A stretch of DNA of 64,000 bases from the human T2T-CHM13v2.0 reference genome, Homo sapiens, in assembly GCF_009914755.1 (NCBI RefSeq), contig NC_060926.1; one strand, given 5' to 3'. The notes under the pieces are model-generated. The model was given only the letters and a program-made list of their open reading frames with translations. It was not told the origin of the DNA and did not search any database. The first letter of the stretch is position 1; each line of letters starts with the position of its first letter. Shown here one piece after another: positions 14,180 to 29,994 of this stretch. The position numbers and the translations under genes were made by a program.

Positions 14180-14343
14180 AGCCAGGTGTGGTGGTGTGAT
14201 CCTGTAGTCCCAGCTACTCGGGAGGCTGAGGTAGGAGGATCACCCAAGCTCAGGAGTAGACGTCCAGCCTTGGTAACATAGCAAGACCCTAACTCTTTAA
14301 AACACACACAAACACACACACACACACACACAAACACACACAC
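14180..14343 (+). mobile_element. Alu monomer (FLAM-like) with (CA)n tail
   Basis: single Alu arm followed by acacacac. Confidence 0.8.
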
Positions 14344-15369
14344 CACTGCTGGGATACCTGTGTCTAGCTAGCAAAAAAGGCTTGAATTGAAGAGTTTCAG
14401 AAAACCTGATGGTGTAATCTGATGTCTGCCAGTGGCTGGGGCTAACTCAGGGTTTTAGGCCTTTCTGTTTTCTGAACTAGTAACACACAAGAAGCCATGC
14501 GTTAAAATGCCCATCCTTAACTCATAAGCAATAATAGTGAACCTATCACCTGGAGGTGGGTGTAGGGACTTCTTCCCTCAACTGCCCTAGGCCCCTCCAG
14601 CATGCTCCACAGGGAGACCCTGCTAGATGCCATATGTGCAGAAGCACTTGCTCCAATGTATTCCCAGCCTCCACCTTTTTACAACACAGCAGGCAGCAGG
14701 GAGGATCAGTAGACGGCAAGTGTGCATGCCTCCCTTCTGGGTGTGAGTTACTGCAGCCCTTACACGTGTGGGAATGCAGTCCTCTGTGAATCTGGCCACA
14801 CACAAGCTCTGTGGCCAACTGATATTTACCAAGATCCTGCCAGTGTCTTTGCTGCAGCCTGATGCATTGAAACATCTTCAGGAAGGACTTGTAGCCTGTG
14901 ATGCCCAGACAGGTTTGCTGAGCCCAGTTGGGGGCAGTGTCGTGAGTTTGCTAGAGTCCATTGTCATCTTTGAAAAGAGCTCTCATCCCTCCTCCTTCCT
15001 TGCTTGTCTTCCAGTGGGTAAAATGAATTCCAGTCCTGCAAATTCTTCATCCTCAGTGAGTTTTCAAAAGGTGCCTTCCTATGAGTATCTGTAGTGAAAA
15101 TGGTTTGTGCAGGGGTATGTGGGTTTGGGTTGAAAACTGGCCAGATACCCCAGAGAGTCATCACAGGAAACCTGGCTGCAGTATAAGCCGTGATTTGATG
15201 AACATCCTGAGAAGGTGAGGGACATGGGGTCAAGACCTGATTCTGGCTGATTGAGGAGCATCTGTCTTCACCCCTCTCAGATTCCTCCTCTACTTCCTCA
15301 CCAGCCTCATGGGATGAGTATCACCAAGATGCTTTTGAACTCTCAAGATGCTTTTGAACTGCCTGGGTG

Positions 15370-15743
<374 letters not shown>

Positions 15744-15838
15744 TCACCCATTCCTCCTCTTCCTCATCTGGTCAGTTCATCTTGGAATCTGCCCAGAGAA
15801 CTCAGAAGAGCAATAGACTGGCTGGCTGGTTGCAGTTA

Positions 15839-16183
<345 letters not shown>

Positions 16184-16573
16184 TCAAGTCCTGAGCCATT
16201 ATCCGCGAACCCCATAGGCACCCTGGGAGGGATGGAAGGAACAGTAGAATTGTGAGGTGACCCAAGTGAGTCCCCTGAGTAGGATGGAGCCAGAGGGAGT
16301 CAATGACCTTCCAGGTCCACATGGCAGGTTAGCGGCCAGTAGAGCCAGAGCCCTGGCCACAAGCTGCCCTTCACTGGCCACCAGCACCTGAGTGCTCCGA
16401 TCGCCCCCTCTGTCTCCTCCTGCTCTTCTCCCTCACGGCTGAAGCTCTGGAAGCCGTCCGCTTATTTGTAGCATCTTTAAAGAGAGTGTAGTGGAGGGGA
16501 TTCTTGCTTGAAGTTTTTCCTCAGAGGTTTGCCTCCTGCTTGTGCAGTTTTTACACGTCAGAATGCAGAAATT

Positions 16574-16757
16574 GGCCAGGTGCGGTGGCCCACGCCTGTC
16601 ATCTCAGTACTTTGGGAGGCTGAGGTGGGAAGATCGCTTGAGCCTGGGAGATTGAGGCTGCAGCGAGCTGTGCACTGCACGTTTGCACCACTCCACTCCA
16701 ACCTGGGCAGCAGAGTGAGACTCCGTCTCAAAAAAAAAAAAAAAAGAAAAAGAAAAA
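16574..16757 (+). mobile_element. Alu monomer (FRAM/FAM-like)
   Basis: single Alu arm with polyA. Confidence 0.8.
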
Positions 16758-17059
16758 GATGCCATGGTGTTGTAGAAAGTGGTCGGGCCAGAAGTCCAGG
16801 AACCAAGTTCTGCTGCTGGCTATGCTTGTTTTTTGCAGCTTAGCCTCTCTAGGCTTCAGCCCTCACCCAGTCACTTACCAAGAGTTGTTCTAAGAACCAA
16901 CGTGCTTTCAGGAGTAAACACCACTACAGAGAGGTGGCGTGTCCACTCACTTTTAGGAGCACAGATGTTCGTTGTGTTTCCCTAAGAAGAGAATTGGTAC
17001 TTGTCATCATTCTGCCATCTGCAAAAGCTGGATTCCCCTGCCCCTGCTTTTCTTTATTA

Positions 17060-17530
17060 AATATAATTTTATTTTTTGCTTTGGTTTTAGACTGCTTTTA
17101 GACAGAGAATATCCATATATCCCTCCCCTAGCTTTCCCTTCTGTTAACATCTTAATACAGTTATCCAGTAGTCCGTGGTACATGTTATCCAATCATATTT
17201 ATGTAGTTATCAAAACCAGGAAACATTGGTTTGATGCTATTAACTAAAAATCTTACTCAGATTTTACCAGTTTTCCCCCAAATGTCCTTTTTTCTGTTCC
17301 AGAATTCTATCCAGAACCCCATGTTACATTTAGTTGTGATTTTATCCTGGTCTCTTGCAGTCTGTATCGGTTCTGTAGTCTCACTTGTTTTTCATGATGC
17401 CTTCTTAAAGAGTATTGACCTGTTTTTTGGTCAGACTCCCCTTAATTTGGATTTCTCTAGTGTTTTCTCATGAGTGGATTGAGGTTATATGTTTTTGGCA
17501 AGAGCAGCACAGAATGATGCTGCCACATCC
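17060..17530 (-). mobile_element. Ancient L1 (L1MC/L1ME-like) 3' fragment
   Basis: gttaacatctta..ttttctgttccagaattctatccag..ttacatttagttgt..tttttggcaaga. Confidence 0.6.
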
Positions 17531-18130
17531 CACACAGCCGCCTCCCTGCTGCACACACACACAGGTCCACAGCCTGGCAAAACACTTGTAAAACTGTGCT
17601 GACGCCAGCAGTATGTAAGAGTAGGATTTTATATTCGACCATTATTTAACACACTCCTCTTGATTTAGCTACATTTCTAGTATTTGATTCTCAAAGCATA
17701 TTATTCTTAGAATTTCTCATACTAATCTTTTTCTGAGAAAGCCAGAAAACTTCTAAGATATTCTTTTTAAAAAAGGTTTTTATTATTCAAAGGGCTTGAA
17801 CAATTACTTTTTGGGGGCCAACTCTGTAGTGAGTTAAAATGAAGCTATTGAGAGGATAGTGATGGTTTTCATTGAATAGCTTCAGTTTTTAGAAGCGGCG
17901 TCTTTTAAAACTTGAATGAGGGAAAGGGCAGGTTTATTTTGCATTAGAATGCCACCGTTGGTGAAGGCAGACATTTGGAGGATATGAGGGAGTGCCTGAT
18001 TTTATACAAATCAGTAATTTCGTAACAGAGAGCTAAGATTATTCCAGAGGCTAATTAGAAACTATTTTCTTTTGGAATTGTGTATGGATTGCTGTCTGGG
18101 CTCACAGTTGAAATTCCTCTTGCTATGCAG

Positions 18131-18179
18131 ATGACAGAACTTACCACTTTCAAGCTGAAGATGAACAGGAATGTCAAAT
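18131..18179 (+). CDS. ASAP2: ASAP2 exon ~13 (PH)
   Basis: atgcag|ATGACA...CAAAT|gtaagt; 49 nt; (H)DRTYHFQAEDEQECQ(I). Confidence 0.95.
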
Positions 18180-18262
18180 GTAAGTTACATGGTGGTGGGA
18201 CTTTGGGCTGGACTCAGCCGTTGTTTGTGGAATTTAACACAGCGTCGCTCTTGTTTTTCTAG

Positions 18263-18429
18263 ATGGATGTCTGTGCTGCAAAATAGCAAAGAAGAAGCTT
18301 TAAACAATGCATTTAAGGGGGATGACAATACTGGAGAAAATAACATCGTCCAAGAACTGACAAAGGAGATCATCTCAGAAGTGCAGAGGATGACGGGCAA
18401 TGACGTCTGCTGTGACTGTGGGGCGCCAG
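18263..18429 (+). CDS. ASAP2: ASAP2 exon ~14 (PH C-terminal helix, start of ArfGAP zinc finger)
   Basis: tttctag|ATGGAT...GCCAG|gtgacc; 167 nt; WMSVLQNSKEEALN...GNDVCCDCGAP. Confidence 0.97.
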
Positions 18430-19261
18430 GTGACCCAGGGACCCCACCCGACCCTGGGCTCTAGGACATTTCAATCCCATTCTGATTCACAGAATCCGTT
18501 CATTGATTTTCACTTTCATTTCAAACACGAAATTAAGTGCAGCTCAGCCTGAGTTCATCCCATTACACAAATGCTTAATGAACTGTGCAGACCGCGGCAG
18601 GGGAGAGGGGCGGGAAGATGTTTGCCTGCCGGGCCCCAGAGCAGGACTGAGTAAAGAGGGTTTGACAGAGCTGCAAAGTTTGAAATGCTTTTTGAGAAAT
18701 GAAAACTGAAGGGTACAGTGAGAGTGAACTCAAGGTCATGTGGGCTGAGAGGCTGCATGTGGATGGGCTTCCTTGCTTGGAATCTGCTCTCTTCTCCCTT
18801 TATCCTACTTTGCAGAACTTCTGAAGTAGCTTTAAGCCGCTGTCTGGCTCTGTGACCCTGGGAGAGCCACTTGCTTTGTTAAACATCGATTTTCCTGTCT
18901 GTAAAGTGAAGGGACAGGACCCTTTCAGCTGACACATTCTGTGAAATAAGATTTTATTTTTACATTTTGATAAAGCATATTAGGGGCTTTATAGTAGGAT
19001 GTGATTTAAGGAATTTGCTTATTCTAATTGAGACACAATGGTGGGGAGTGGGGGTCGGGGACTACACAGGTGCATTTTCTGAACATTTATAAAATGAAAA
19101 AGATGGAGGCTTGGCTAGAATGGTTAATCCCCTTTTCATTCCTCTAATTCTATGACAATTTTTCTTAAAAAACCAAACACAACCAAAATAAGAGTGGACA
19201 GTTGAGAATTACCTTTAGGTTCCCATGACCCTGAAGACTGTATTTGGCCTTGGATCCATTA

Positions 19262-19681
<420 letters not shown>

Positions 19682-20763
19682 TCATACGCTTTGATAAAGA
19701 ACTCAAAGGTATGTACTCATTATTTTAAAATGCCAAGACAGTGTGGGTAATATAAAAATGATGTAGAGTCACCTAAATGGATGCTTGTACCTCCGCAAAG
19801 CACAAATACAGTGGAGTCGTCCTACACAAGTGCAGACACAGACGCCAAGAAGGTTTTCCAACATGGATAACATTTTTAATAACTTGAACATTTAAAAAAT
19901 AACTTCATGATTTCCTACTGACTAAAGTTGCGATATTTACCTGCCGTGAGTTTCTCAGGGCAACAAACAGTTCTGAAGAGAATTGTATTTATGGGTTGTG
20001 ATGATGTACTCAAGGACATCTTATTTTTAATTTCCCATTTTTAGCAAATTCCACATTCATCTGTCAAGCATTTTGTGGGTCCCTATCATCTGCTAAATGT
20101 ATGGTAGGTCATGTTAGTGAGTAGCCGAGCTGTGAGGGGAAAACGTGGCTTTGAACTCAGGTAGAGGCAGGGCCACAGTCTGCTCTGCACTCCCTGGCGA
20201 CCTCGAGCCTGAGCATCGCAAAGCTGTCTCTGCCATATAGTGAGATAAAAATCCCTGCCCTGGTCATCTCATGGAACTCTTAGATTTGATACAAAAGTGC
20301 TCTGTGATTGCTGAAGCTCTTAACAACACAAACTGTTATTGCTACTACCAGCATGCTGAACACAGCATATCTTATGTACATAGTACGTTCTCTGTTATTA
20401 TCAGCATCTGTAGATGCATATGTTTTAAGCCTATTCCCCTTTTACAAGTAGACTTTGGCTGGTCTCATTGTTTTCCTCTTGCTCCATTCTGCTAGTGTGA
20501 CCAAGTTGGTGATGGGCATGGTGTGTTTTCACCACCAGCCATTGAGGAGCCCTTGGTCACTGGAGTGTGTCCTGTTTATTTTTGCACACACAGCACCTGT
20601 CACATGAATGGAAGGATGGGGAGATGGAGAGAGAGGGAAGAAGAGGGAGAGTAGATGTGTGCATATTTGGGTATTGCATGTAAATTGGTGGTAATTATGG
20701 ACAAAGTTTCCAGCTGTGTTAAGGATCAGAAAATGCTCATGCTCAGAACTGCTTGTTCAGTAA

Positions 20764-21096
<333 letters not shown>

Positions 21097-22289
21097 TAAT
21101 TAGAAACTCATTGATAATTCTTCATTTTTAGCTACTTGTGGTTGAGGGCACTTCTTGTTGCAAAACTTTATTCTTAAATGAATAAAGGGGAGTGAAACCA
21201 AAACAGGAGCATTGAGAGTGGTGTGAGATTCTACAGAAATGGAGTAAGATGGTGACATAGACCAGCTCACCCCATCCATTAGACAGATGTGGAATGCAAC
21301 GTCTAAAGACAGGAAAGTACTTGTTTTCCCTCATCACCAGCGATTTCTGACAAGGCTGTGGTGACAACTTGCCTCAAGCCTCCGACTTCTCCCTACCCCA
21401 GATTGTCCCCCATGGGGGGAGATATTGGTCTTCATTTTTACTGCCTTTGTTTCTTAAGTCTTTCATTCTTGGTTCAGTGGTAACACTTAAGCCATGTGAT
21501 AGAGATAGGAGGAGACAGAAGCATTTTCTGTGAAGTGGCTTTCAAGAGTATCGAGACTGTAGTCCCACAAGGTCCATCAGACAGGGTGCTTCTGGCCACC
21601 TAATACATGAGCTTTCATGACTGTCTTCCCTAGAAAGCAGTTCTTGAATTCTCTCCTGGGATAGCTGGATGTTGACAGTAAACAGTAAGTAGATAGTGAT
21701 TGGCATTGATTTTAATGTTGAATTTAAAAGTTTACATGTAGGGAATTTAACGTCAAGAGCAATAGTCTTGACAGAAAATCAATAGTTGTGGACCATGTTC
21801 CTCTCAAGGGGCCATCAGTCTTATTGATGACTTCGAATCCAGTGTGTCTGAACTTCGAATGCATTTTGAACTCTCTTGTCAAACCTTTCCAGTCTTTCTA
21901 GGAATTCCTTTATGGTCTTGAAAGACAGAGTTGGGAGAAACTACAGTGGATCCTGGCAGCCTAGTTAGTAACATCCTTAGTTACTTACAGTTTAAAACTA
22001 AGCTAGACTCACTTAAAATGTAAAACTAAGGAACTCCAAACAGTGCCTTCCTGGTTACATACAGCAATTATTGTTCATGTAATAATGCACGTAACCTACA
22101 GCTTAGAGAGGTGCACAGGTGTACATGTGGTATCTCTTGGATAACTGATGATGGCATAGATTGGAGGTTGTCATGGTACATTTTCAAAGAAGCACAAAGT
22201 ACTTTTCAGTAAACACTGGTGAACTATGGCAGTTGTTTCTTTTACTGATTTTCTTAAAACAATGGAAAGTGTTAAGTGATTCAAGATGA

Positions 22290-22520
22290 TGTAATAATTG
22301 TTTATTTTGTACTATGTATTTTGCAGGCCACTTTATATATACTAGGCTCATTTGATCTCCAGTAACAACCTGATGACCTTGGTATATTATCCCCATTTTA
22401 CAGAGGAGGAAACTGAGGCTTAGAATGTTTCAGTATGCCTAGGGTTATGAAGCTTTTAAGGTGACAGATCTGGGGTGTGGGCCTCTTTAATCTGATACCA
22501 GACCTCACACTTAAACCTTT
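22290..22520. mobile_element. MIR
   Basis: attatccccattttacagaggaggaaactgaggcttaga MIR core. Confidence 0.75.
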
Positions 22521-22609
22521 GACGAGCCTGGGACACAAATTGGCATTTTAGTGGGTTGTCTTGCTAGATGATAAACATTTAAACATCTCTACTGTCCTTC
22601 CCTATCACC

Positions 22610-23000
22610 GTCCCCAACAAATGTTTAACAGTCAACTCTGGAGAAAAAAGAACCCTGGTTTGCAACCTGCCTGTTCTCATGGTGTAAATACTCCCACAAT
22701 GGCCAATTTCAAGCTACCTAAGTGAATTACTCAATGTGAAGTTGGAAAAAGATGTTCATTATATAGTACATTCACTATGCAAACACAGTGGATGTAAATA
22801 ACTTCATGAACATGGACAATAGTAAAATGCAGTATAATTAGGAAGTGATGAGTTTTGAGTATATACTTGTTATTAATGTAACATAATTATGAGTTTATAT
22901 AGCATAATTTTTAATAGTAGCAGTGCTTAACAGTTGGCTTGCAAAATTCCTGAAATTTTAACAGTTGACTCATATGAGCTGGTAGGAGCCCGACCCCACC
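22610..23000 (-). mobile_element. hAT DNA transposon (MER63-like)
   Basis: gcttgcaaaattcctgaaattttaacagttgactcatatgagctggtaggagcc resembles a MER63 end; family from memory. Confidence 0.5.
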
Positions 23001-23593
23001 ATCTGTTATAATTTTTTAAATGTGTCTCAGAAATTTCATGTTCTTCATGAGACTGAGTTGCCTACTAAAGAAGAAAATGCCAAAGAAAGGTGAAAGGAAT
23101 ATGTTGTTCTGTCTTGATGAAACGATGAGGTGACTTCTAATGCCTGGTTAAATTCTCCATTTCTGTCTCCCAGAGCCTCCATCTGCATTCTTGTAGGAGT
23201 TTAAAGTTTGGTTGGCTGTCACCCACAATGAGAAATCAGCCAGTGCCTGCTTAATCAATGTCTGCAGATATTTTCAAAATCTAATTGCTTCCAGAGTTTT
23301 AAACTCTCCCTTACCCAAGTCTTTTTTCCTCAGTGGTTATCAGGAAAAGTAGAGACAGCAGTGAATTGTGTAGGATTTACTCCCTTCAACCCTGCTTTCC
23401 CTGAGCTCTGGCTGGTCCTCTGTGGTTCACAGGAGGTGGACATCTCCCCACGGCTCCCCCAATCCATTTTTTGTATGCTAGGAGTGTGGTCATGGTGTCG
23501 TGGCTCTAAACCTTATTCCTTAGCCCTTCAGTTAAGCAGTACGTAGGGTGTCAGGTGTTAGTATTCATTGGCAAAGCTTGGAAATTTCAAGGC

Positions 23594-23948
23594 TTCTTTC
23601 TTTCTTTTCTTTTCTTTTTTCTTTCTTTCTTTCCTTCCTTTCTTTTCTTTTCCTTTTCCTTTTCTTTTTTTGACAGGGTCTCACTCCATGACCCAGGCTG
23701 GAGTCCAGTAGCACAATCTTAGCTCACTGCAACCTCTGCCTCCTGGGTTCAAGCAATCCTCCCACCTCAGCCTCCTCAGTAGCTGAGACTACAGGCAAGT
23801 GCTACCACGCCTGGCTAAGTTTTGCATTTTTGGTAGAGATGGTCTTTCGCCATGTCCAGGCTGGTCTCGAACTCCTGGACCCAAGTGATCCTCCTGCTTT
23901 GGCCTCCCAAAATGCTGGGATTACAGGTGTGAGCCACTGCGCTTGGCC
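23594..23948 (-). mobile_element. Alu with (TTTC/TTCC)n tail
   Basis: antisense Alu; tail expanded into a pyrimidine microsatellite. Confidence 0.9.
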
Positions 23949-24055
23949 TCAAGCCTTTTAAAAGTATCCAGATTGTTTTATTTTGCTTAGACAATCAGGT
24001 ACTGGGATGAAGGATTTCCTGAAGTCTTTTTACCTCTTTATCTTATCTCTTTCTC

Positions 24056-24058
<3 letters not shown>

Positions 24059-24110
<52 letters not shown>
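24059..24110. repeat. (GT)26 microsatellite
   Basis: uninterrupted gt repeat. Confidence 0.97.
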
Positions 24111-24112
<2 letters not shown>

Positions 24113-24489
24113 TTAGAATTATGTCTGACACGCCGTTAAGAACCATAAAGTATTAGTTATCATTGTTATCTCCTTTAACAAAATCCTTTCAGAAAAATGG
24201 TCCCCATGTGCTAGCATGTGAACCCCCAGGGAGGCCATGCATGGTCTGTCTGGTTGTCTGTTCTTACGAACCTTTCCAATTCAGAGTTGCATGCCATGCA
24301 GGGCCTCGGCTGACTTGCTTATTGAAGTATGTTTTATTGTATAGTGAGTGTTCATTAGGCCCCTTGGTGCCTTGTGAAAGGAGAGTGGTGGGTGCAGCCT
24401 GGACAGGTTCTCTCACAGGAGTAGCATCTCTCCTCTTTTGGGTAAATAGAACAGCCTCTGTTTCAGGGTGACATGCTGTGACAGCAAAG

Positions 24490-25686
24490 GATTTTATTTT
24501 TTTAATTAATTTTTTATTGCATGTATTTATAGTGTACAACATGATGTTTTAGTATGTTGTATACATTGGGTGTGACTAAATCAAGCTAGTTAACATATCT
24601 GTCACCTCACATGCTTATGTTTTGTGGTGAGAACACTTAAAATCTACTCTCTTGAGCCTGGTGTGGTGGCCGGCGCCTGTAATCCCAGTACTTTGGGAGG
24701 CTGAGGTGAGAAGATTGTTTGAGTCTGGGAGTTCAAGACCAGCCTGACCAACATAGGGAGACCTCCATCTCTACAAATAATTTTTTAAAACTAGCTGGGA
24801 GTGGTGGCAAGTACCTGTGGTCCCAGCTACTTGGGAGGCTGAGGCAGGAGGATCACCTGAGCACCCAGGAAGTTGAGGCTACAGTGAACTGTGATCTTGC
24901 CACTGCACTCCAGCCTGGGCAACAGAGTGAGACTGTCTCAAAACAAAATTTTTAAGTATACAGTACGTTATTATTAAGTAGAGTCACTGTGTTGTACACT
25001 AGATCCCTAGACTTTATTCATCCTAACTGAAATTTTGCATGCTTTGACCAACATGCCCACCCCCAACCCCTGGTAACCATAGTTCTGCTCTCTACTTCTA
25101 TGAGTTCAGCTTTTTTAGATTTTGCATATAAATAAGATCTTGCAGGATTTGTCTTTCTTTGCCTGGCTTATTTCACTTAGTATAATGTCCTTCAGGTTCA
25201 TCCATGTTGTCACAAATGACAGAATGTCCTTTTTTTCAGGTCGAATAGTATTCCATTATGTATATATACCACATTTTTAAAATCCATTCGTCCATTGGTG
25301 GCATTTAGGTTGATTCCCTATCTCGACTATTGTGAATAGTGCTGCAGTAAACAAGATGGTGAAGACGTGTCTTCAACAAACTGATTTCAGATCTTTTGGG
25401 TAAATACCCAGAAGTGGGTTATATGGTGGTTCTAGTTTTTCGAGGAACCTCCATAACCATTTTCTATAATGGTTGTATTATAATAATTTACATTCCCACC
25501 CAGTGTGCAAGCCTTCCCTTTTCTCCACATCCCTGCCAACACTTGCTATCTTTTGTCTTTTTGATAAAAGCCATTCTAACAGGTGTGAGATGATCGTGGT
25601 TTTAATTTGCATTTCCCTGATGATTTGTATGATTAATGCTGTGTACTTTTTCATACATATACCTGTTGGTCATTTGTAGGTCTTCT
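24490..25686 (-). mobile_element. L1MA-type 3' end, interrupted by an Alu
   Basis: gtacaacatgatgtttt..tggcttatttcacttag..ttcatccatgttgtcacaaatgacag..agccattctaacaggtgtgag. Confidence 0.85.
24655..24948 (+). mobile_element. Alu (J-like) inserted in L1
   Basis: Alu dimer. Confidence 0.9.
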
Positions 25687-25967
25687 CTTTCTCTTTTTTT
25701 TGACAGGTTCTTGCTCTGTCGCCCAGGCTGGAGTGCAGTGGTGCCATCTCGGTTCAGTGCAGCCTCTACCTCCCAGGCTCATGCAATCCTTCTGGGTAGC
25801 TGGGACTATAGGCATGTGCCACCATGCCCAGCTAATTTTTTAAAATTTTTCCATAGAGACAGGGTCTCACTATATTGGCCAGGCTAATCTGGAATTCCTG
25901 GGCTTAAGTGGTCTTCCAGCCTCGGCTTCCCAAAGTGCTGGGATTATAGGCATGAACCGCCTGCAGC
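25687..25967 (-). mobile_element. Alu (J-like)
   Basis: antisense Alu. Confidence 0.88.
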
Positions 25968-26322
25968 CTAGCATTACTTCTTTTCCAATGGAATGGAAGT
26001 TGCATAATTGAATTATTAATTAGTTCTGGGGAATCATGTCATCTTAACTACTTTAGCACACACCAGCTTAATATCTTTAGATTCTAAAGCAAACCTACTT
26101 TGGGAAAAACTTTCTGGTAAACACAGATTTTAAAAAGATAAATTTCCTTCTTAATGTAGAAGATCATGATTTCAGCTTTGATTTTTCAGGTCATATGAAA
26201 AACAGTATCACTGGTACTAGGGTACTACTATCATGATCAATTTCACTATCATACATGAAGTTAATAAAGGAATTCTTGATATTCTGAAATTGAATTTGAG
26301 TCAGTCATTTAAAAATCTTATG

Positions 26323-26614
26323 AGACCAGGCGCAGTGGTTCACACCTATAGCTCCAGCACTTTGGGAGGCTGAGGCAGGCAGATCACTTGAGCCCATGAG
26401 TTCAAGACCAACCTGGGCCACATGGCAAAACCCCATCTCTACAAAAAAAAAAAAGTTAGCTGAGTATGGTAGTACATGCCTGTGGTCCTAGCTATCAGGG
26501 AGGCTGAGGTGGGAGAATCACCTGAGCCCAGGAGGTTGGCTATAGTGAACTGAGATTGTGCCACTGCTCTCCAGCCTGGGTGACAGAGTAAGACCCTGTC
26601 TCAAAACAAAAAAA
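26323..26614 (+). mobile_element. Alu (J-like)
   Basis: Alu dimer. Confidence 0.9.
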
Positions 26615-29125
26615 CATCAAATTAAAAAACAGGCATCAAGAGCATTACCAAATATTTACTGACTCAGCTTTCTGTTTCTTGACTTTCTTCTATTTCTGTT
26701 CTCATACGGTTGTTAATAAGCTGTCAAATGTTAAAGCGGGTCAACACACAGTCTGATCTGAAAGAGAGCATGTGGAGAGGAAAGCTCCTCAAAGACGAAG
26801 AACTTAACGACTTACAACTGTCTTCTAAGTTCACCTAGGACTGAAATGTGCCACCCAGATACTAAAAGCAATTGCTTAGGGCAACAGGAAATTGACTATC
26901 AGTGGTCATTTACGGAGGAACTGTTATGCTCCAGGCATTGTTGTAGGTGTTCTACGTACACTGTATTATCTAACCTAAATGGAGAGCTCCATTTTTAAAA
27001 AAAGACCAGAGAGGTTAAGAAACTTACCCAGTGCAGGATTTACATTCCAACTATCAGACTCCAGAGCCTGTGTTTTAGCCTTTTTTTTTAAAGCCAAGAT
27101 TCTGAACATTTTTTAAACCACAAAGTCTATCAGAAAAAATTGAGCACCAAAGCATGTACTTACTTACATATGATGTACCTACACTTACTAAGAAATACAT
27201 ACTTTGTAAACTACATCAAAAATAGAGCTTTTAAAGGGTCAGGTAAAGACATCATATGTAAACTTTTTCCCTGCACACCAGAGTGTCCTTTTGTGCTCTT
27301 TGCTTTGGAGGCAGCAGTTTGGTCAAGCCCCTTCCCTTGTCTGGGCCTTTACCCTCTGTACTTTAGAGCTGGACTGCACTCTTCAGGCCCTCCACCCTTC
27401 GGGGATCCAAGGGGCCCAGTTAACATCAGGGAGGAGCTGACCTTGGGGTCTCCTGAGCTCAGCGGTCAGGGAAGTCTGGTTTCTCTCACTTGCCTGTTCT
27501 CTCCTGGGGTGAGTCAGAGAAGAATGTCACAGCAATTGTTGTCCTTCCTCATGGAGACATGAAAACAGGACAGGAGGTTTCCCTGCCCCACCCCAAACTC
27601 TCAAAACAATGTCCAGATAAAACCTAAAGCTTCATTTTGGCTCAGTGGGCCCTGCTCAGGTAGGTGCTAAGGACGTACAGGTGTGTGATTCTGTGTCTCT
27701 GTCCTGGGTGTGGCCATCAGGGAGGGAGATGCCCACACACAGACGACTCCCCCGTATGGTGAGTGCCAAGAAAAGGGGCCTCCTGGCCAAGGGACTGCTC
27801 TGCTCATCTGGGCCTGGTGCCGCTGTCCTCATAGTGTTCAGGATGAACTTCTTTTCCAGGGCTTCTTATTGACTCATCGCTACCTTGTTGAAGTGAGCTG
27901 CCATAGAGCAGGAGGGTGCCTCATGCCTCATGCCCAGCACAGACGAGGGGCTCAGAGTGTGCTCCTGAGGCCACAGGAAGGGCGACGAACTGGGCTGAGC
28001 TACCCTGGGTGATACAGAACTTAAACACTCCCTCCTCTCCTCCATCCAGTCTGGCTCAATTTCTGCCTCAGTGCAGCCCACAAATTCCTTCTGGGTGCCA
28101 GTGAGAAGCAGGAGATGCCAGGGCTCAGGTCGACAGCCACCTTCCTGCCCCCTTGGTTTCTGCCTGCCTGTCCTGCTGGCACCTGCAGCCTCCATTTGCA
28201 AATGCTTTGCTTTTGTCGATGGGTCTGGAGGGGTTCTCTATGGGCTGAAACGTAAACTGGAACTTGGCAGAACTGCAAGGTAGCACGTTTCTCTAGCATT
28301 GGATGAGTGTGACACATGGATGCGGTGGCTCCCTGGACCAGCTGTCTCTCAGTTAACCAGCCAAGTCCAAGCAGAAGGGAAGCAGCTCTTCGATTCCTGG
28401 GGAATTCTCCTCCTCCCATCTCCCCACCCCCATCTGCTTAACACAAACTAGGAGGCATCAGGGTGGTTGGCCCCTGGCTCATAGAGGGGGCCACAGTGAT
28501 TTTTGTCACTCAACTTGGGAAAACCATTGTGCTCACCTGGGGACAGTGTCCTGCTTGGATTGTATGCTGCCTGGCTATAAACCAGGCGCTCTGACATTGG
28601 GGTTCAGTCCTGGATCTGACACCAGCTGCCTGAGAAACCCTTCACAGGGCATTAGCTTCCTGGTGCATAGGTACCTGTCACCTTAAGTGGTGTGCCACCT
28701 GACCATTCTGTTGTCCCTGGGAAAATTGCAACGCAGCCTCTAGGCTTTTGCCTCCTGACTGATGGCTTGAGGTCCCAGAGCCAGGACTGAGCAAGGAGGT
28801 GGAGTTGGTTAATGTTTTATGCTTTGGGCCGCCTAGAAAAAGCTTTTTCCACGTGTCAAGGGCCGGGTTGAATTAGGAAAGCTCATCATCCAGCTATTAG
28901 GCTACCCCACATAATTCTTCTGTTTTTAAAAAATTGCGTCTGCATCCTCCACTAGCCCACTAGCCCATTTCACCGTTTGATGTTATTTGCCGCCAGGAAG
29001 TTCCAGTGTATCTAACCCAGACCTCTTGGGCTCTCCTTCAGTCAGTTCCCTACAAGAGATAGACCCGATTTCAGGCTGCAGCAGCCTCTCCCAAAGCATG
29101 TTTGTTAACTCCTTTGCCTGCATAA

Positions 29126-29473
<348 letters not shown>

Positions 29474-29548
29474 TGACTCCCCAGCAGAACATGGAAATGA
29501 AAATATGTTTTCTCAAAGCACTGAGCTTGGTGCTCCCTTTTGGTATTA

Positions 29549-29867
<319 letters not shown>

Positions 29868-29994
29868 GAATGTGTTAATTTAATGTTTAACATGTCAGAA
29901 GATTGATTGGCAAGTAAAGACCTTACATCTGGAGCTAATATATTACATTTTTAGTGTTTCAGTTTACTGTTTTCACCTAAATTTTATCAACCCA

